IMG/VR virus record: IMGVR_UViG_3300032829_000004
Location: 1 to 64,000 of that record
Direction: 5' to 3' (one strand)
DNA length: 64,000 nt
Origin: a virus
A program made the position numbers and the translations under genes. Below are positions 47,758 through 57,042 of this stretch, one piece after another (position 1 is the first letter of the stretch; every line of letters begins with the position of its first letter). The notes below the pieces were generated by a model. The model saw only the letters and a program-made list of their open reading frames with translations. It made no database searches and had not been told where the DNA came from.

Positions 47758-47775
47758 TAGAGTCATATGACTCTA
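47758..47775. promoter_or_regulatory. 18-bp perfect palindrome TAGAGTCATATGACTCTA, probable operator
   Basis: Read directly, 12 bp upstream of the phd-like start. Confidence 0.65.
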
Positions 47776-47811
47776 AGGCGGCTCTATCGGCAACTGCGGT
47801 CGCCGGAAATG

Positions 47812-48042
47812 TCAGGCGGCGCCGCCCGTTGCCGCCGCGAGAGCCTTCCCGTAGGCGAGGGCGTGCGGGGCGGACGGAACCGACCGGCCTGCTTCCCATG
47901 CGCTGACCGACTGGCGGGAGACGCCCAGCGCGAGAGCGATCTCCGATGCCGACACTCCGGCCGCGGCCCGGGATTCTTTCGCGGTGCCCGTGCGGAGATC
48001 GGCCCGGATGCGGGCGACGGCGGCGAGATCGGAGGGGCGCAC
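47812..48042 (-). CDS. XRE/Cro-like HTH regulator
   Basis: RAAAGVSASEIALALGVSRQSVSAWEAGRSVP. Confidence 0.8.
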   Translation of the reverse strand: MRPSDLAAVARIRADLRTGTAKESRAAAGVSASEIALALGVSRQSVSAWEAGRSVPSAPHALAYGKALAAATGGAA

Positions 48043-48141
48043 GGTGGAAACGCTACGGCAGGGGAGGGGGTAAGGGAAACGGCGGAAAGTCTGTGTCAGG
48101 ACTTCGGCAAGCATATGTAAGGCGTAAGCCCGTAATTCCGG

Positions 48142-48175
48142 CTGGCTCACGATAAGATGCATTATCGTGAGCCAG
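48142..48175. other. loxP-like recombination site (13-8-13)
   Basis: CTGGCTCACGATA-AGATGCAT-TATCGTGAGCCAG, perfect arms, asymmetric spacer. Confidence 0.72.
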
Positions 48176-49210
48176 AATCCGGGGCGCGAAATCGTCCCGT
48201 CCGGAATCCGGCCGCCGGCCGCGAATCCCGGCGGACGGCTGTCCCCCGCCGCCGTCACCGCGGTGACTGCCGGCACTCCCGTCAACACCGGGCGCACGTA
48301 CCGGGCAACCCTGCAGCGGTACGCCAAATGGAGCGAGCAGACAGGGCTCGGCGGCCTGCCCGCCACCGCCGGGGCGCTCACCGAATACGCGGCCTACCTC
48401 TCCGGCGTGCGCGGCCTGAAGCCGGCCAGCATCGAGACCGCCCGCTGGGCCATCATCAAATGGCACAGGATCGCCGGGTACCCGCCGCCGGAAACCGCCG
48501 GCCTGGTCGCCGTCCTCAACGGCTACCGGGCGCGCCTCGCCGGAGCCGGCGACCCCAGGGCGAAGACGAGGAAGGCGACCGCCGCCGAACGGGACGCCCT
48601 CGCCGCGATGCTCGCCGCCATCGACCGGAAAACCCCGGCCGGGCAGCGGGACGCGGCCATGATCCTCGTCGGCTTCGGGATCGGCGCCCGCCGGGGCGAG
48701 ATCGCCGGGCTGGACATCGGCGGCCTCGACATCCGCGACCGGGGAATGCAGGTCAGCGTCTACCGCCAGAAGGTCAGGAAACTGGACGACCCGGTGGTGA
48801 AGCGGCGCACCTTCGCGGCACTCTGCCCGGTCGCAGCCGCAGAGGCGTGGACCGGGACGCTCGCCGCGCACGGGCGCACCAGCGGCCCGCTGTTCGTCCG
48901 CATCGACAGGCACGGGAACCTGGCCAGCCCGGTCGTCCGCGACGGCCGGCAGATCGGCGACCCCTCGGGGCGCATGACCGGCCAGGCGATCGCCGACGTG
49001 ATCCGGCGCCGCGCCCTCGCGGCCGGACTCGGCGGCCGGTGGTCAGGGCACAGCCTCCGCCGCGGGCTCGCCACAGAGATGCACAAGGCGGGCGCGGAGC
49101 GGCGGCTGATCGAGCGGCAGGGCGGATGGTCGGCCGGGTCCGCCGCGGTATCGGGATACATCGAGGACGCCGAGCGGTGGCTTTACGACGCACTGGACGG
49201 CGTCCTGTGA
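48167..49210 (+). CDS. Cre-like tyrosine recombinase
   Basis: NTGRTY, RDAAMIL..F..GARRGEI, K, GHSLRRG, GGW, GYIE. Confidence 0.9.
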   Translation: MSQNPGREIVPSGIRPPAANPGGRLSPAAVTAVTAGTPVNTGRTYRATLQRYAKWSEQTGLGGLPATAGALTEYAAYLSGVRGLKPASIETARWAIIKWHRIAGYPPPETAGLVAVLNGYRARLAGAGDPRAKTRKATAAERDALAAMLAAIDRKTPAGQRDAAMILVGFGIGARRGEIAGLDIGGLDIRDRGMQVSVYRQKVRKLDDPVVKRRTFAALCPVAAAEAWTGTLAAHGRTSGPLFVRIDRHGNLASPVVRDGRQIGDPSGRMTGQAIADVIRRRALAAGLGGRWSGHSLRRGLATEMHKAGAERRLIERQGGWSAGSAAVSGYIEDAERWLYDALDGVL

Positions 49211-49780
49211 CCGCCCCGGACGACTGCGGCAGGCTGACCAAGGCCGGAACGCCTTGCAAGATATCCCGCATGGCCGCTGACGGCTGGTACCTGAGGCGCT
49301 CCCATGTAGCCGAGTCGTGCAGCATTCACGCCACCCCTGAGGAGCGGGCCGAATTCGCCGCCATCGGGGAAGAGATCATGGCGGAAGACGAACGTCTCCG
49401 GCTCGCCTATCATCAGGCCCTCCCGGTGGAGTGCTGGAACTGGCCGGTCACCGACGATGACCGCCGGAGGGCCGCGGAGGCCCGCGATTGCGCGGACCCG
49501 GAAATGGCGAGAGGCATCGCATGGGACCTGCTGGCGGACTGGCAGGATGACCGGTGCGCCGTCTGCAAAGGCTGCTCCGACGTCCTTGACCATGACCACG
49601 AGACCGGCCTCGTACGCGGGTGGCTGTGCCGGTTCTGTAACAGCCAGGAAGGACACGGCTATATCCCCGGCGGCCGGTACGAGCGCTACCGGGCCAAGAA
49701 CCCGGCCAGTATTCTCGGCTTGGCCATCCGCTACTACAGCCCGTTCGCCGGATGGGCGGGGCGGAGCTTAGGGTCACAGG
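49207..49780 (+). CDS. Endonuclease VII-like domain protein (3' end uncertain; frame open to 50664)
   Basis: WQDDRCAVC...DHDHETGLVRGWLCRFCNSQEG. Confidence 0.7.
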
Positions 49781-49929
49781 CAAGCCGCCGATTTATACCG
49801 GCGCGGCCCGTATCCGTCCCGCGTGGGGCGGATATCGCGGCTATCCGCGCGGATAAACGGGGCGGGGCACGCGCGGCGGGTGATCAGGTCCCGCACCGGT
49901 CTTCAGGTCGCAGTGCCCCGCAGCTTAGG

Positions 49930-51201
49930 CTATGCCGCCTGCGGCGGCAGCATCCGTTCGCTCAGTTCGCGGAACGCTCCCTCGGCCCGCTCGTGCCGCT
50001 TGCAGACCTCGATCACCTCGGCAGGGGCGATGTCCCTGAACGGCCCCGCAAACGGCTTGCCCTTTTCCAGGGTGGTGCCGTAGTAGCGGGCGACGAGGCG
50101 CGCCGCCTGGTCCGTGTCCGCATAGCCGAAGTGCTCGACGAGGTCGACGCGGCCCGGCCGGATCACGGCACCGTCGAGAACCTCGGGCGTGTTGGTGGTC
50201 AGCACGGTGAGCAGGCCGTGCGGAGTCGCGATCCCGTCAAGGGCGTTCAGGAGGCCGGAAAGCGTCACCTGGTCGGCACTGTCGTCCCGGGCGGTCGCGG
50301 CGTGGAACACGTCGACGTCCTCCAGGAGCAGCATCGAGCGGGGCGCGATCCGGCTGGCCATGCGGAGCAGCTCGCCGTCCTTCTTGACGTCGGCGAGCGG
50401 CAGGTACCAGACGTCCATCCCGAAGTGACTGGCGATCGCGCGGGCCACCGACGTTTTCCCCGTGCCCGGCGGTCCTTCGTACAGGTGGCCGCGGTGCCAG
50501 GGGATGCAGCGGCGGGCGTAATCCCGCTCGGCGTCGAGAAACCGGCTCACGTCTCCGGCGAGCCGTTCGATCTGGCCCGCGGGGAGGATGACGCTGTCGA
50601 GGCCGCGCTGCGGCAGGTCGTCCAGGCGCTCCCAGTCGCCCCACTTGTCGAGCATCCGGAATGAGGGCTTGCGGGCGGCGCCCTGGCTGCTGCGGAGCAC
50701 CCCTTCCATCTCGGCGACGAGAGCGCGCCGGCCGGCGAGAGAGGAGGCGGTGAACACGATCTCCGGCGGTTTCCAGTGGCCGTCGTCGTCAGCCCTCGTG
50801 CCGTCGGTGACGACCACCTTCACCCGGTGGCCCGCGACGGTGATGACCTGCTCGCGGGTGCCGTCGTAGCGGAGGCGCAGCGCGGGGGGCGCGGGGCGCT
50901 CGCCCGGAGCCGGGATGTCCGAGTACCGCTTGGTCGACCAGGCAACCAGGGCGCGCTGCTCCTTCGGCGCCAGCAGTCCCAGGACCCATTCGTGCAGGTC
51001 GTCGTAGATCCCGTCACTGCCGGGGACCTTAACGGTGTACGTGGTGCGCTCGTGGACCTTGCCCCGCGCCCAGCCGATCACGGGGCGCGCGGCCTGCCCT
51101 GCGGCGAACGCCATCGCCAGCCGGGGGGCGCGGTCGCGCAGGACCGCGATCAGGTCGGAGGCGCTCCCGTGCTCGGGAGAGGAAGCGATCTCAGCACTCA
51201 C
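49930..51201 (-). CDS. BCS1-like AAA+ ATPase
   Basis: RGHLYEGPPGTGKTS, LLEDVD, TLSGLLNALDG, TTN, IRPGRVD. Confidence 0.88.
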   Translation of the reverse strand: MSAEIASSPEHGSASDLIAVLRDRAPRLAMAFAAGQAARPVIGWARGKVHERTTYTVKVPGSDGIYDDLHEWVLGLLAPKEQRALVAWSTKRYSDIPAPGERPAPPALRLRYDGTREQVITVAGHRVKVVVTDGTRADDDGHWKPPEIVFTASSLAGRRALVAEMEGVLRSSQGAARKPSFRMLDKWGDWERLDDLPQRGLDSVILPAGQIERLAGDVSRFLDAERDYARRCIPWHRGHLYEGPPGTGKTSVARAIASHFGMDVWYLPLADVKKDGELLRMASRIAPRSMLLLEDVDVFHAATARDDSADQVTLSGLLNALDGIATPHGLLTVLTTNTPEVLDGAVIRPGRVDLVEHFGYADTDQAARLVARYYGTTLEKGKPFAGPFRDIAPAEVIEVCKRHERAEGAFRELSERMLPPQAA

Positions 51202-51383
51202 GGGACTTATTTTGCCGCAAGTGGCGCGGTGCCGGGCCAGAGCCGCCCGGCCCGGCACCGCCCCATCAGGCGGGAAGACAGGGACCGGCTTCCGAGCTGC
51301 CGGCGCTCGCCCGGCACCAGCCGCATAGCGGGGGCCTGGACTATCCCATCCCTGAACGTCTCCCCTAACGGGAATCCTGCGGG

Positions 51384-51560
51384 TTAGCTTAGCGCGGCGA
51401 TGTCCTCGGCAAGGAAAAGGCCGCTAGTCACAACGTGGAGTGCCGAGACGAGGCACGGGTTCCTCTGCCACCGGACGAATGCCCGGCTAAGGTTGTTTTC
51501 GTCAGCGATGAGCTGCATTGCGATTATGGCCGTGGTCGCGACCGCCAGTGCGTTCTTCAT
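51384..51560 (-). CDS. 58-aa hypothetical protein (not in ORF track)
   Basis: MKNALAVATTAIIAMQLIADENNLSRAFVRWQRNPCLVSALHVVTSGLFLAEDIAALS; lower GC. Confidence 0.4.
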   Translation of the reverse strand: MKNALAVATTAIIAMQLIADENNLSRAFVRWQRNPCLVSALHVVTSGLFLAEDIAALS

Positions 51561-51631
51561 GGGGACTTTCGCCTTCTCAGGAACGGGGCCCGCTGTTCGG
51601 GTCCTTCGGCTGGACGCTATCGATTAGGCTC

Positions 51632-51660
51632 CCGTAAATTACGGAACGCTTGTCAAGCGT
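51632..51660. promoter_or_regulatory. Two adjacent palindromes in an AT-rich spacer
   Basis: CCGTAA-A-TTACGG and ACGCTTG-T-CAAGCGT (TTGACA on - strand). Confidence 0.5.
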
Positions 51661-51676
51661 AGTTACTTAAATGTTA

Positions 51677-52075
51677 TTAAGTTTGTTTCCCGAAGAGTTC
51701 CCCGGCCCGCATCCGCCGCCACACCTCCAGCGCCTCCTGGCGGACCGTCATGCCCGGCGTCTCCCCGCTCCCCCCGTGGCAGCGGCACCGGCCCTCGTGA
51801 TGGGCAAGCGAGCCGGCAACGCTCATGAACTGGCATTCCTTGTGCACATGGCGGATCTGCGTCCCCGCCGGGACCGCCTGCCCGGAATCGCCAGCCGCCT
51901 CGTCGAACTCGTCATTGCAGTACAGGCAGGACTCGCCCGCGGGAAATGCTTTGCGCATCTCCTCGATGAGCCTGCCGTCCTCGTCATAACAGACGTAAGA
52001 CCAGTAAGGCGGCCCGAACCATCCCCAGTTGGCGCGGCGCACCTCGACCGGGAGCCCGTCATAGGAAGTGGTCAC
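51677..52075 (-). CDS. Hypothetical Cys/His protein
   Basis: CLYC, HKEC, CRCH. Confidence 0.6.
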   Translation of the reverse strand: MTTSYDGLPVEVRRANWGWFGPPYWSYVCYDEDGRLIEEMRKAFPAGESCLYCNDEFDEAAGDSGQAVPAGTQIRHVHKECQFMSVAGSLAHHEGRCRCHGGSGETPGMTVRQEALEVWRRMRAGELFGKQT

Positions 52076-52605
52076 GACGGCTTTTCCTTCCGCAGTTCCC
52101 GCAGGTACCCGAACACGCGCTCCTGCTGCTCGCCATCGAACCCGGTCCCGCGGAGCGCCTCGGATACGAGCTGGTCAGACTCCGTCGCCTCGGCCGCCTC
52201 GAGCCACTGGAGCGCCATCGACCGGGCTTCGGCCGCCATGACGGAACCCCGCTTCGATCCCCGGCCGATCAAGACAACGGCATTCCCCGTCTTAGTCGAC
52301 CCGGCGGGAACCAAGTCGACGGTGCCGGGGGTGCCGAACTTCCTCCCGCCCCTGCCGTCGAGCAGGTCCGTGACGATCGCGGACGCGGTCGCGCCGTCCA
52401 GCCTCAGCTTCGCGACCAGGAGCATCATCATCTCCGCGTATGCGGAGCACGACACCAGGTCCAGCGCTGACCGGCGGACCTCGGCAACCGGGGCGTACCA
52501 CTGGAAAGCACCCCACGTGAACAAGCAGGCAGGCTCGTCATCCGGGCCGCGCGTCGACTCCACCCACAGCGCCTCGCCGTCATCGTCAGCCGTGGCGGCG
52601 CCCAT
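52072..52605 (-). CDS. Hypothetical protein
   Basis: Coupled overlaps, high-GC3 codon usage. Confidence 0.6.
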   Translation of the reverse strand: MGAATADDDGEALWVESTRGPDDEPACLFTWGAFQWYAPVAEVRRSALDLVSCSAYAEMMMLLVAKLRLDGATASAIVTDLLDGRGGRKFGTPGTVDLVPAGSTKTGNAVVLIGRGSKRGSVMAAEARSMALQWLEAAEATESDQLVSEALRGTGFDGEQQERVFGYLRELRKEKPS

Positions 52606-53045
52606 CAGTATCCTCCGCTCAGCGCGCGGAGCATGTTCAGCCCGGCCTGCGCCTCGTCCATCGCGCTGATCTTCTCCACTTCCGGCTTGCCGAGCGCGAC
52701 GACGCCTTCGCCTACGCGGACCGTCGCCACGCAGTCAAGCGACTCGTACTCGCCTCCGCAGTGGACGACCAGGAGCATCGACCTGGCCACCGTCACGAGC
52801 TGGCGGAGCTGGGCCGCCACGTCCTCCGGGTCATAGCCCCGCTCGGCCAGGTTCCCAGCACGGTTCACCGTCTCCGCCGGCCAGTCGTTCAGGCCGCAGG
52901 CCGACGGCTGGTCCCGGTTGAACGAGAGCGGGCCGAAACGGTCCCACGCCGGGTCGCGGGGGCCTCCGCCCGTGACGAACCGGTAACTGTAGCCGAGGTA
53001 CTCGCGGAGCGCCGCAGCGTCCCCCGCTGTCATCGTGCCCGACAT
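52605..53045 (-). CDS. Hypothetical protein
   Basis: Part of ORF 52605..53120; likely start near MSGTMT. Confidence 0.5.
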   Translation of the reverse strand: MSGTMTAGDAAALREYLGYSYRFVTGGGPRDPAWDRFGPLSFNRDQPSACGLNDWPAETVNRAGNLAERGYDPEDVAAQLRQLVTVARSMLLVVHCGGEYESLDCVATVRVGEGVVALGKPEVEKISAMDEAQAGLNMLRALSGGY

Positions 53046-53061
53046 GCTCACCGTGCGCCAG

Positions 53062-53601
53062 TTACCCAAGATGATCGCTCTCCGCCCGTGCGCGCCATTC
53101 GGCCGCCCACTGGAAGTCAAGCCCGGCGAGCCGAGCGCATTCCTGGTCCTCGGGCCGGTCGCCGACCATGAGGCCCATGTACGGCGGGTAATACTCGCCG
53201 TGCCGTGCCGCCACTTCGAGAGCCGCTTCGATCACCAGCCCCGGCGACGGCTTGCGGCACCAGCAGCGGGCCATCTCCGGACTGGCAGCGTCCGGATGGT
53301 GAACGCAGTAGGCGATCTTGTCGAACAGCCGTTCCGCCTGCTCGTAGGTGGCGCGCATCGCCGCCGCGACGTTCGCGTGGGTGACGATGCCGAGCGCGAC
53401 GCCGCCCTGGTTGGAGACGCCGACGACCCGGCCTCCCCCCGCTTTCCAGCGGCGCATCATCTCGACGGCGGCAGGGAAGACCTCGACGTCCTCCGCACCG
53501 TTCACGAACCGCCCCAGCTCGTCTTTGCCCTTGCGGACCGTGCCGTCAAGGTCCAGGTACAGGACCGGGACGGCCTTCTCGGGGACGTGCAGCAGGGTCA
53601 C
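53062..53601 (-). CDS. HAD-IIIA phosphatase (GmhB/PNKP-like)
   Basis: YLDLDGT, VSNQGG, CWCRKPSPG, MVGDRPED. Confidence 0.88.
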   Translation of the reverse strand: MTLLHVPEKAVPVLYLDLDGTVRKGKDELGRFVNGAEDVEVFPAAVEMMRRWKAGGGRVVGVSNQGGVALGIVTHANVAAAMRATYEQAERLFDKIAYCVHHPDAASPEMARCWCRKPSPGLVIEAALEVAARHGEYYPPYMGLMVGDRPEDQECARLAGLDFQWAAEWRARAESDHLG

Positions 53602-54002
53602 TTGCGCTTCCTCCTGTTCTTCAGTCGCCTCTGGTATTCGTGCCCGTCGACCGCGAGCGGGCCGGGATTGCCTGCCGGGTTGCACCTGGAACAGCGGCGC
53701 TTATGATGGCGCGGCTTCCACGCCGCGTACAGGCTGTGGACCTCGCGCACCGCCCTGTCGACCTCGGCGCCGAACGCCTCCCAGTTGCCAGAGAACCAGG
53801 CTGCCGGCGCGATGATCTCCGCTTCCGCGAATGACGGGCTCCGCCGTGCCGGCGTCAGCAGCCGCCCCCCGTCGCAGATGACCAGCGCCGGCGGTTCCGG
53901 CCGCCACCTCATCGAGTCCCCGGTCTCCCCGTAGTCGACGGTCCCGTAAGCCGCGAGAGCGCCGTCGGCCGGCGCGGGCGCGCTGTCCTTCATGCCGGTC
54001 AC
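53598..54002 (-). CDS. Hypothetical protein
   Basis: Coupled overlaps; CSRCNP. Confidence 0.5.
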   Translation of the reverse strand: MTGMKDSAPAPADGALAAYGTVDYGETGDSMRWRPEPPALVICDGGRLLTPARRSPSFAEAEIIAPAAWFSGNWEAFGAEVDRAVREVHSLYAAWKPRHHKRRCSRCNPAGNPGPLAVDGHEYQRRLKNRRKRK

Positions 54003-54322
54003 TGTCCCGTCTCCCCTGCGATCTCAGGGGCGAAGAACTGCGGGAGAGGCTCAGGCCCGCTGTACCGGCGGCAGGCACAGGGCGCGTAGTCGTACCCTGT
54101 CCAGCTGCCCCCGCTGCTGTACCGGGCGACCTGCACCAGCGAGTTGCACGCCCCAGTCTGCGGGTCGTGCAACGAATAATGGTGGGTGCAGCCGCACACC
54201 GCCTCGACAGGCTTCGGGGCCTGGCGGCGGGGCGGGAGGCTCCGCAGGATCACGCCGGCGATGATTCCGGCTAGCAGGATCAGCGCGCCCTCAATCATCA
54301 CTGGCCTCCGTAGCGGGCTCAC
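53999..54322 (-). CDS. Membrane-anchored Cys/His protein
   Basis: TM helix then CGCTHH...C...CACRRY. Confidence 0.6.
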   Translation of the reverse strand: MSPLRRPVMIEGALILLAGIIAGVILRSLPPRRQAPKPVEAVCGCTHHYSLHDPQTGACNSLVQVARYSSGGSWTGYDYAPCACRRYSGPEPLPQFFAPEIAGETGQ

Positions 54323-54617
54323 GGGCCGCCTTCCCCGCCTCGTAGGCGCGGCGGATCATCCCCGCCAGCGACACGCAGTCCGCGACCTCCCGCCAGGCAA
54401 CACCCTGAAGGAAGCCGAGATCCCAGGCACCGAGAGCAACCCCGGAAGCCTCGCAGGCATCCGTCATCACCTTCAAGCGCGCCGGAATGCTCGCACCGTA
54501 GCCGGGGGCGGCGTCGAAAGCGGCCCGGATCACGGCGGCTGCCCTCGTGGCGCGCGCCTCGCGCTCGGTGTCGAACGGCCCGTACTCGTCAGCCACGGGG
54601 AACCTCCGCGTCAACAT
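54291..54617 (-). CDS. Hypothetical protein
   Basis: GPFDTE.EA...GVALGAWD motif. Confidence 0.55.
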   Translation of the reverse strand: MLTRRFPVADEYGPFDTEREARATRAAAVIRAAFDAAPGYGASIPARLKVMTDACEASGVALGAWDLGFLQGVAWREVADCVSLAGMIRRAYEAGKAAREPATEASDD

Positions 54618-54723
54618 AGCGCCATTCGATCCGGGTCACCATGCTGCCCGGAGTGCAGCCCTTGTGGCTGCCGCAGAAGAAGGCCGCGAACTCTGCCGGG
54701 GTCATGTGCGGGAATCCCGACAT
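54589..54723 (-). pseudogene. C-terminal fragment resembling ASCH-domain phage proteins
   Basis: GFPHMTPAEF..FFC.SH.GC.P...VTRIEWRY with no N-terminal half. Confidence 0.35.
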
Positions 54724-54975
54724 CAGCCTCGGCACGGGAACCACCGGCGGAACGCCCCGTCCGACATGACCCCGGCATCCCCCGGGCCGTACCGGATGAC
54801 CCACCAGCCCGCGGGGACATCGAAGACGAGGCCGTTCGCGGCGCGGACCCGCAGCGGCTCCCCCTCGAGCGCGGCGTCTCCGGCGACCAGGCGGGCACGG
54901 GAGTCCGGTGTGCCGTCATGAGGGGCGGCGTCCTCGGCAGTGACCGTGGCACTCACCAGGGGCATCGTCAGATTG

Positions 54976-55398
54976 TCAGGCACTGGGCGCATCCTTCCCG
55001 GTCAGGGCGGCCAGTATGGCCGTCACCTCGTCGCACGGCCACGGGAGCCGCTCGCCGTCCGCGCTCTCGGTGCACGAGCAGACCACACCCTCGGGCTTGC
55101 CCCTGCACAGCAACTCTCCGGGCTCTTGGTCGTCCTCGAAGTGGAGGGGGTCGTCCGGGTCGTGAGGGCACGCACCGGGCTCGTCGTCGGTCGCCGCGTT
55201 GCCGTAGAGCGGGACTCGCTCGTGGTGGCTCAGGGCCGCCTCCACGGCTTTCAGGAGCTTCTCCGAAGTGGCCCACAGCGCTCCGGCGGCGAACGATGCC
55301 CGTGCCTCGTTCAACGGCAGCGCGGCGAACTCGCGGGGCATCGCGTCGATCGCCTCGCGGGCCTCCGCCAGGGCGGAGGACAGGCTGCCGTCAGCCAC
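54976..55398 (-). CDS. Hypothetical protein
   Basis: CSCT...WPC motif. Confidence 0.55.
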   Translation of the reverse strand: MADGSLSSALAEAREAIDAMPREFAALPLNEARASFAAGALWATSEKLLKAVEAALSHHERVPLYGNAATDDEPGACPHDPDDPLHFEDDQEPGELLCRGKPEGVVCSCTESADGERLPWPCDEVTAILAALTGKDAPSA

Positions 55399-55747
55399 GG
55401 AACACCTCCACCCCGAGCGCGGCGGCGAAGGCCTTCACGACCGTCTCCGCCTGCTCGCCGTTCATGTAGCTGAGCTTGTAGCGGTTGGAACCGATGGCGA
55501 CCGCAAGCTCAAGAACGGCCATCTCCGTCGTGGATGCGGCGGCCCGGTGCGACTCGATGAACTCACTCGCCTTGCGCCAGCTGATCCAGGTTTCGGCCGG
55601 GTCCTCAATGGCGCATGCCGACGTGAAGTCCCGGCGCCGGAGCCACCGCCCATCCGAAATCAGCAGTTCCACGGCGGCCCGGACGTGCGGGTCGTGGTCC
55701 TTCGTCCAGCGGCGCAGGCCTGCGGCGAGCGAGTCGAAGTCAGCCAT
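55391..55747 (-). CDS. Hypothetical protein
   Basis: Coupled overlaps. Confidence 0.6.
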   Translation of the reverse strand: MADFDSLAAGLRRWTKDHDPHVRAAVELLISDGRWLRRRDFTSACAIEDPAETWISWRKASEFIESHRAAASTTEMAVLELAVAIGSNRYKLSYMNGEQAETVVKAFAAALGVEVFRG

Positions 55748-56135
55748 TGCCGGCCTCGGCGCCTGCTGCGGGCACGGGGGCCGGGGCGAGCGGGAAGCAG
55801 TGCGTCTTGCCGTCGTCCGGGAGCATGATCGTCCACGGGGCGGGGAACAGCCCGTACGCAGCCCAGTCGCAGCCCCGACCCGCGTACTTCCTGTCCTTCG
55901 CGAGCGCGCCGGCGGTCCGGCCGATGCACTCCTGCCCGAGTATGTCCGATGCCGTGACCGCGCTGCCGTCCCGCCCGGTGCGGGGATGCGCGGCCAGGGC
56001 CTCGCTGAAGTCCTGTCCCGTTGCGATGTCGCCGCAGGCCGGGCACTGAAACGCCCAGTCCATGGGGTTGCCGCCGAAGCGTTCCGTCGCCTCGGCGACC
56101 AGTTCCGCCTGGGTCAGCGTCCGCCGGTTTCCCAT
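55740..56135 (-). CDS. VVA0879-like protein
   Basis: WAFQCPACG, GQECIGR, GCDWAAYGLF. Confidence 0.65.
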   Translation of the reverse strand: MGNRRTLTQAELVAEATERFGGNPMDWAFQCPACGDIATGQDFSEALAAHPRTGRDGSAVTASDILGQECIGRTAGALAKDRKYAGRGCDWAAYGLFPAPWTIMLPDDGKTHCFPLAPAPVPAAGAEAGNG

Positions 56136-56512
56136 CAGTCGCCTCCGTCTGTTGATGTGTTCACGCCGTCTGCTGATCTGTTCATGCCTGGCCGCTTGAC
56201 GTGCGGCCAGCCGCCGCCCCTCAAGATCCGGCCGATGTTCTGTCGCGCCACCCCGAACACGGCCGCTATCGACGCCTGCGTCCGCCCCTCGGCCCGCAGG
56301 TCGAAGATCCGCCGCACGTCGTCCTCGGACAGTTTCGCGAGCGCGTTAGCCGATCCCCGCCGGGGCGGGCTGTGCCCTGGCACGTAGCGGAGCGGCTGCC
56401 CCTTGACCTGGCCCCTGCGACTGTCGGTCCGCTTCGCGATGCTGACCTCAATGCCGCAGCCGCAGGCGCACAGGCGCGCGGCCTCTTCCCCGTTCAGGGC
56501 GTCCCCGCTCAC
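56135..56512 (-). CDS. CxCGCG motif plus HTH protein (homing-endonuclease-type DNA-binding modules, no nuclease)
   Basis: LCACGCG...RYVPGH; AKLSEDDVRRI...TQASIAAVFGVARQNIGRI. Confidence 0.6.
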   Translation of the reverse strand: MSGDALNGEEAARLCACGCGIEVSIAKRTDSRRGQVKGQPLRYVPGHSPPRRGSANALAKLSEDDVRRIFDLRAEGRTQASIAAVFGVARQNIGRILRGGGWPHVKRPGMNRSADGVNTSTDGGD

Positions 56513-57042
56513 CGCTTCTCCGGCCCGGCATCGGGCACTCCCGCTCCTTCCGGCCGCGCCCACCACGGGCCGTGCTCGTCCATGGACCGCCCCAGGGCTT
56601 CCAGGACTTCTTCGTATGACGCCGGATGATGGAGGCTGATGGAACTGCGCACCGCACCGCCCGTGTCCGTTAGCCGCAGACGCCAGCTCTCGGACTCGCC
56701 GGCACCTGACCGGATTGCCCGGCCGACGACCAGGTCGGCCGCCGCCGTGCGGGCGATGATGTTGAGGTGGCCTGGCTCGTCGGCCGCGCCGAGCAGCAGC
56801 TTCGGGGGCGGCCCGTCGAGCCGCCTCGCCCGCTTAGCCAGCATCTGCCTGGCATCCATCAGCCCGGACATGGCCTGGCTGATCCCGTTCTCAGCCGTGA
56901 CCGCATCACGCGGGGGCATGTCCGGGTCGTCTGATTCCATGAGGTCGCGGAACTTGCGGGACAGGAACGCCGCGTGGCTGACGGCGTCGCGGGCGGCCTT
57001 GTCGAGTTCGCGGACCAGCTTCGCACGTTCACTGGCGTCCAT
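56509..57042 (-). CDS. Hypothetical protein
   Basis: Coupled overlaps. Confidence 0.55.
   Translation of the reverse strand: MDASERAKLVRELDKAARDAVSHAAFLSRKFRDLMESDDPDMPPRDAVTAENGISQAMSGLMDARQMLAKRARRLDGPPPKLLLGAADEPGHLNIIARTAAADLVVGRAIRSGAGESESWRLRLTDTGGAVRSSISLHHPASYEEVLEALGRSMDEHGPWWARPEGAGVPDAGPEKR

Noticed and set aside
53062-53601. Assigning gmhB and linking it to the sugar cassette
   Set aside because: HAD-IIIA motifs are shared with phage polynucleotide phosphatases, and the gene is about 18 kb away in the opposite arm.
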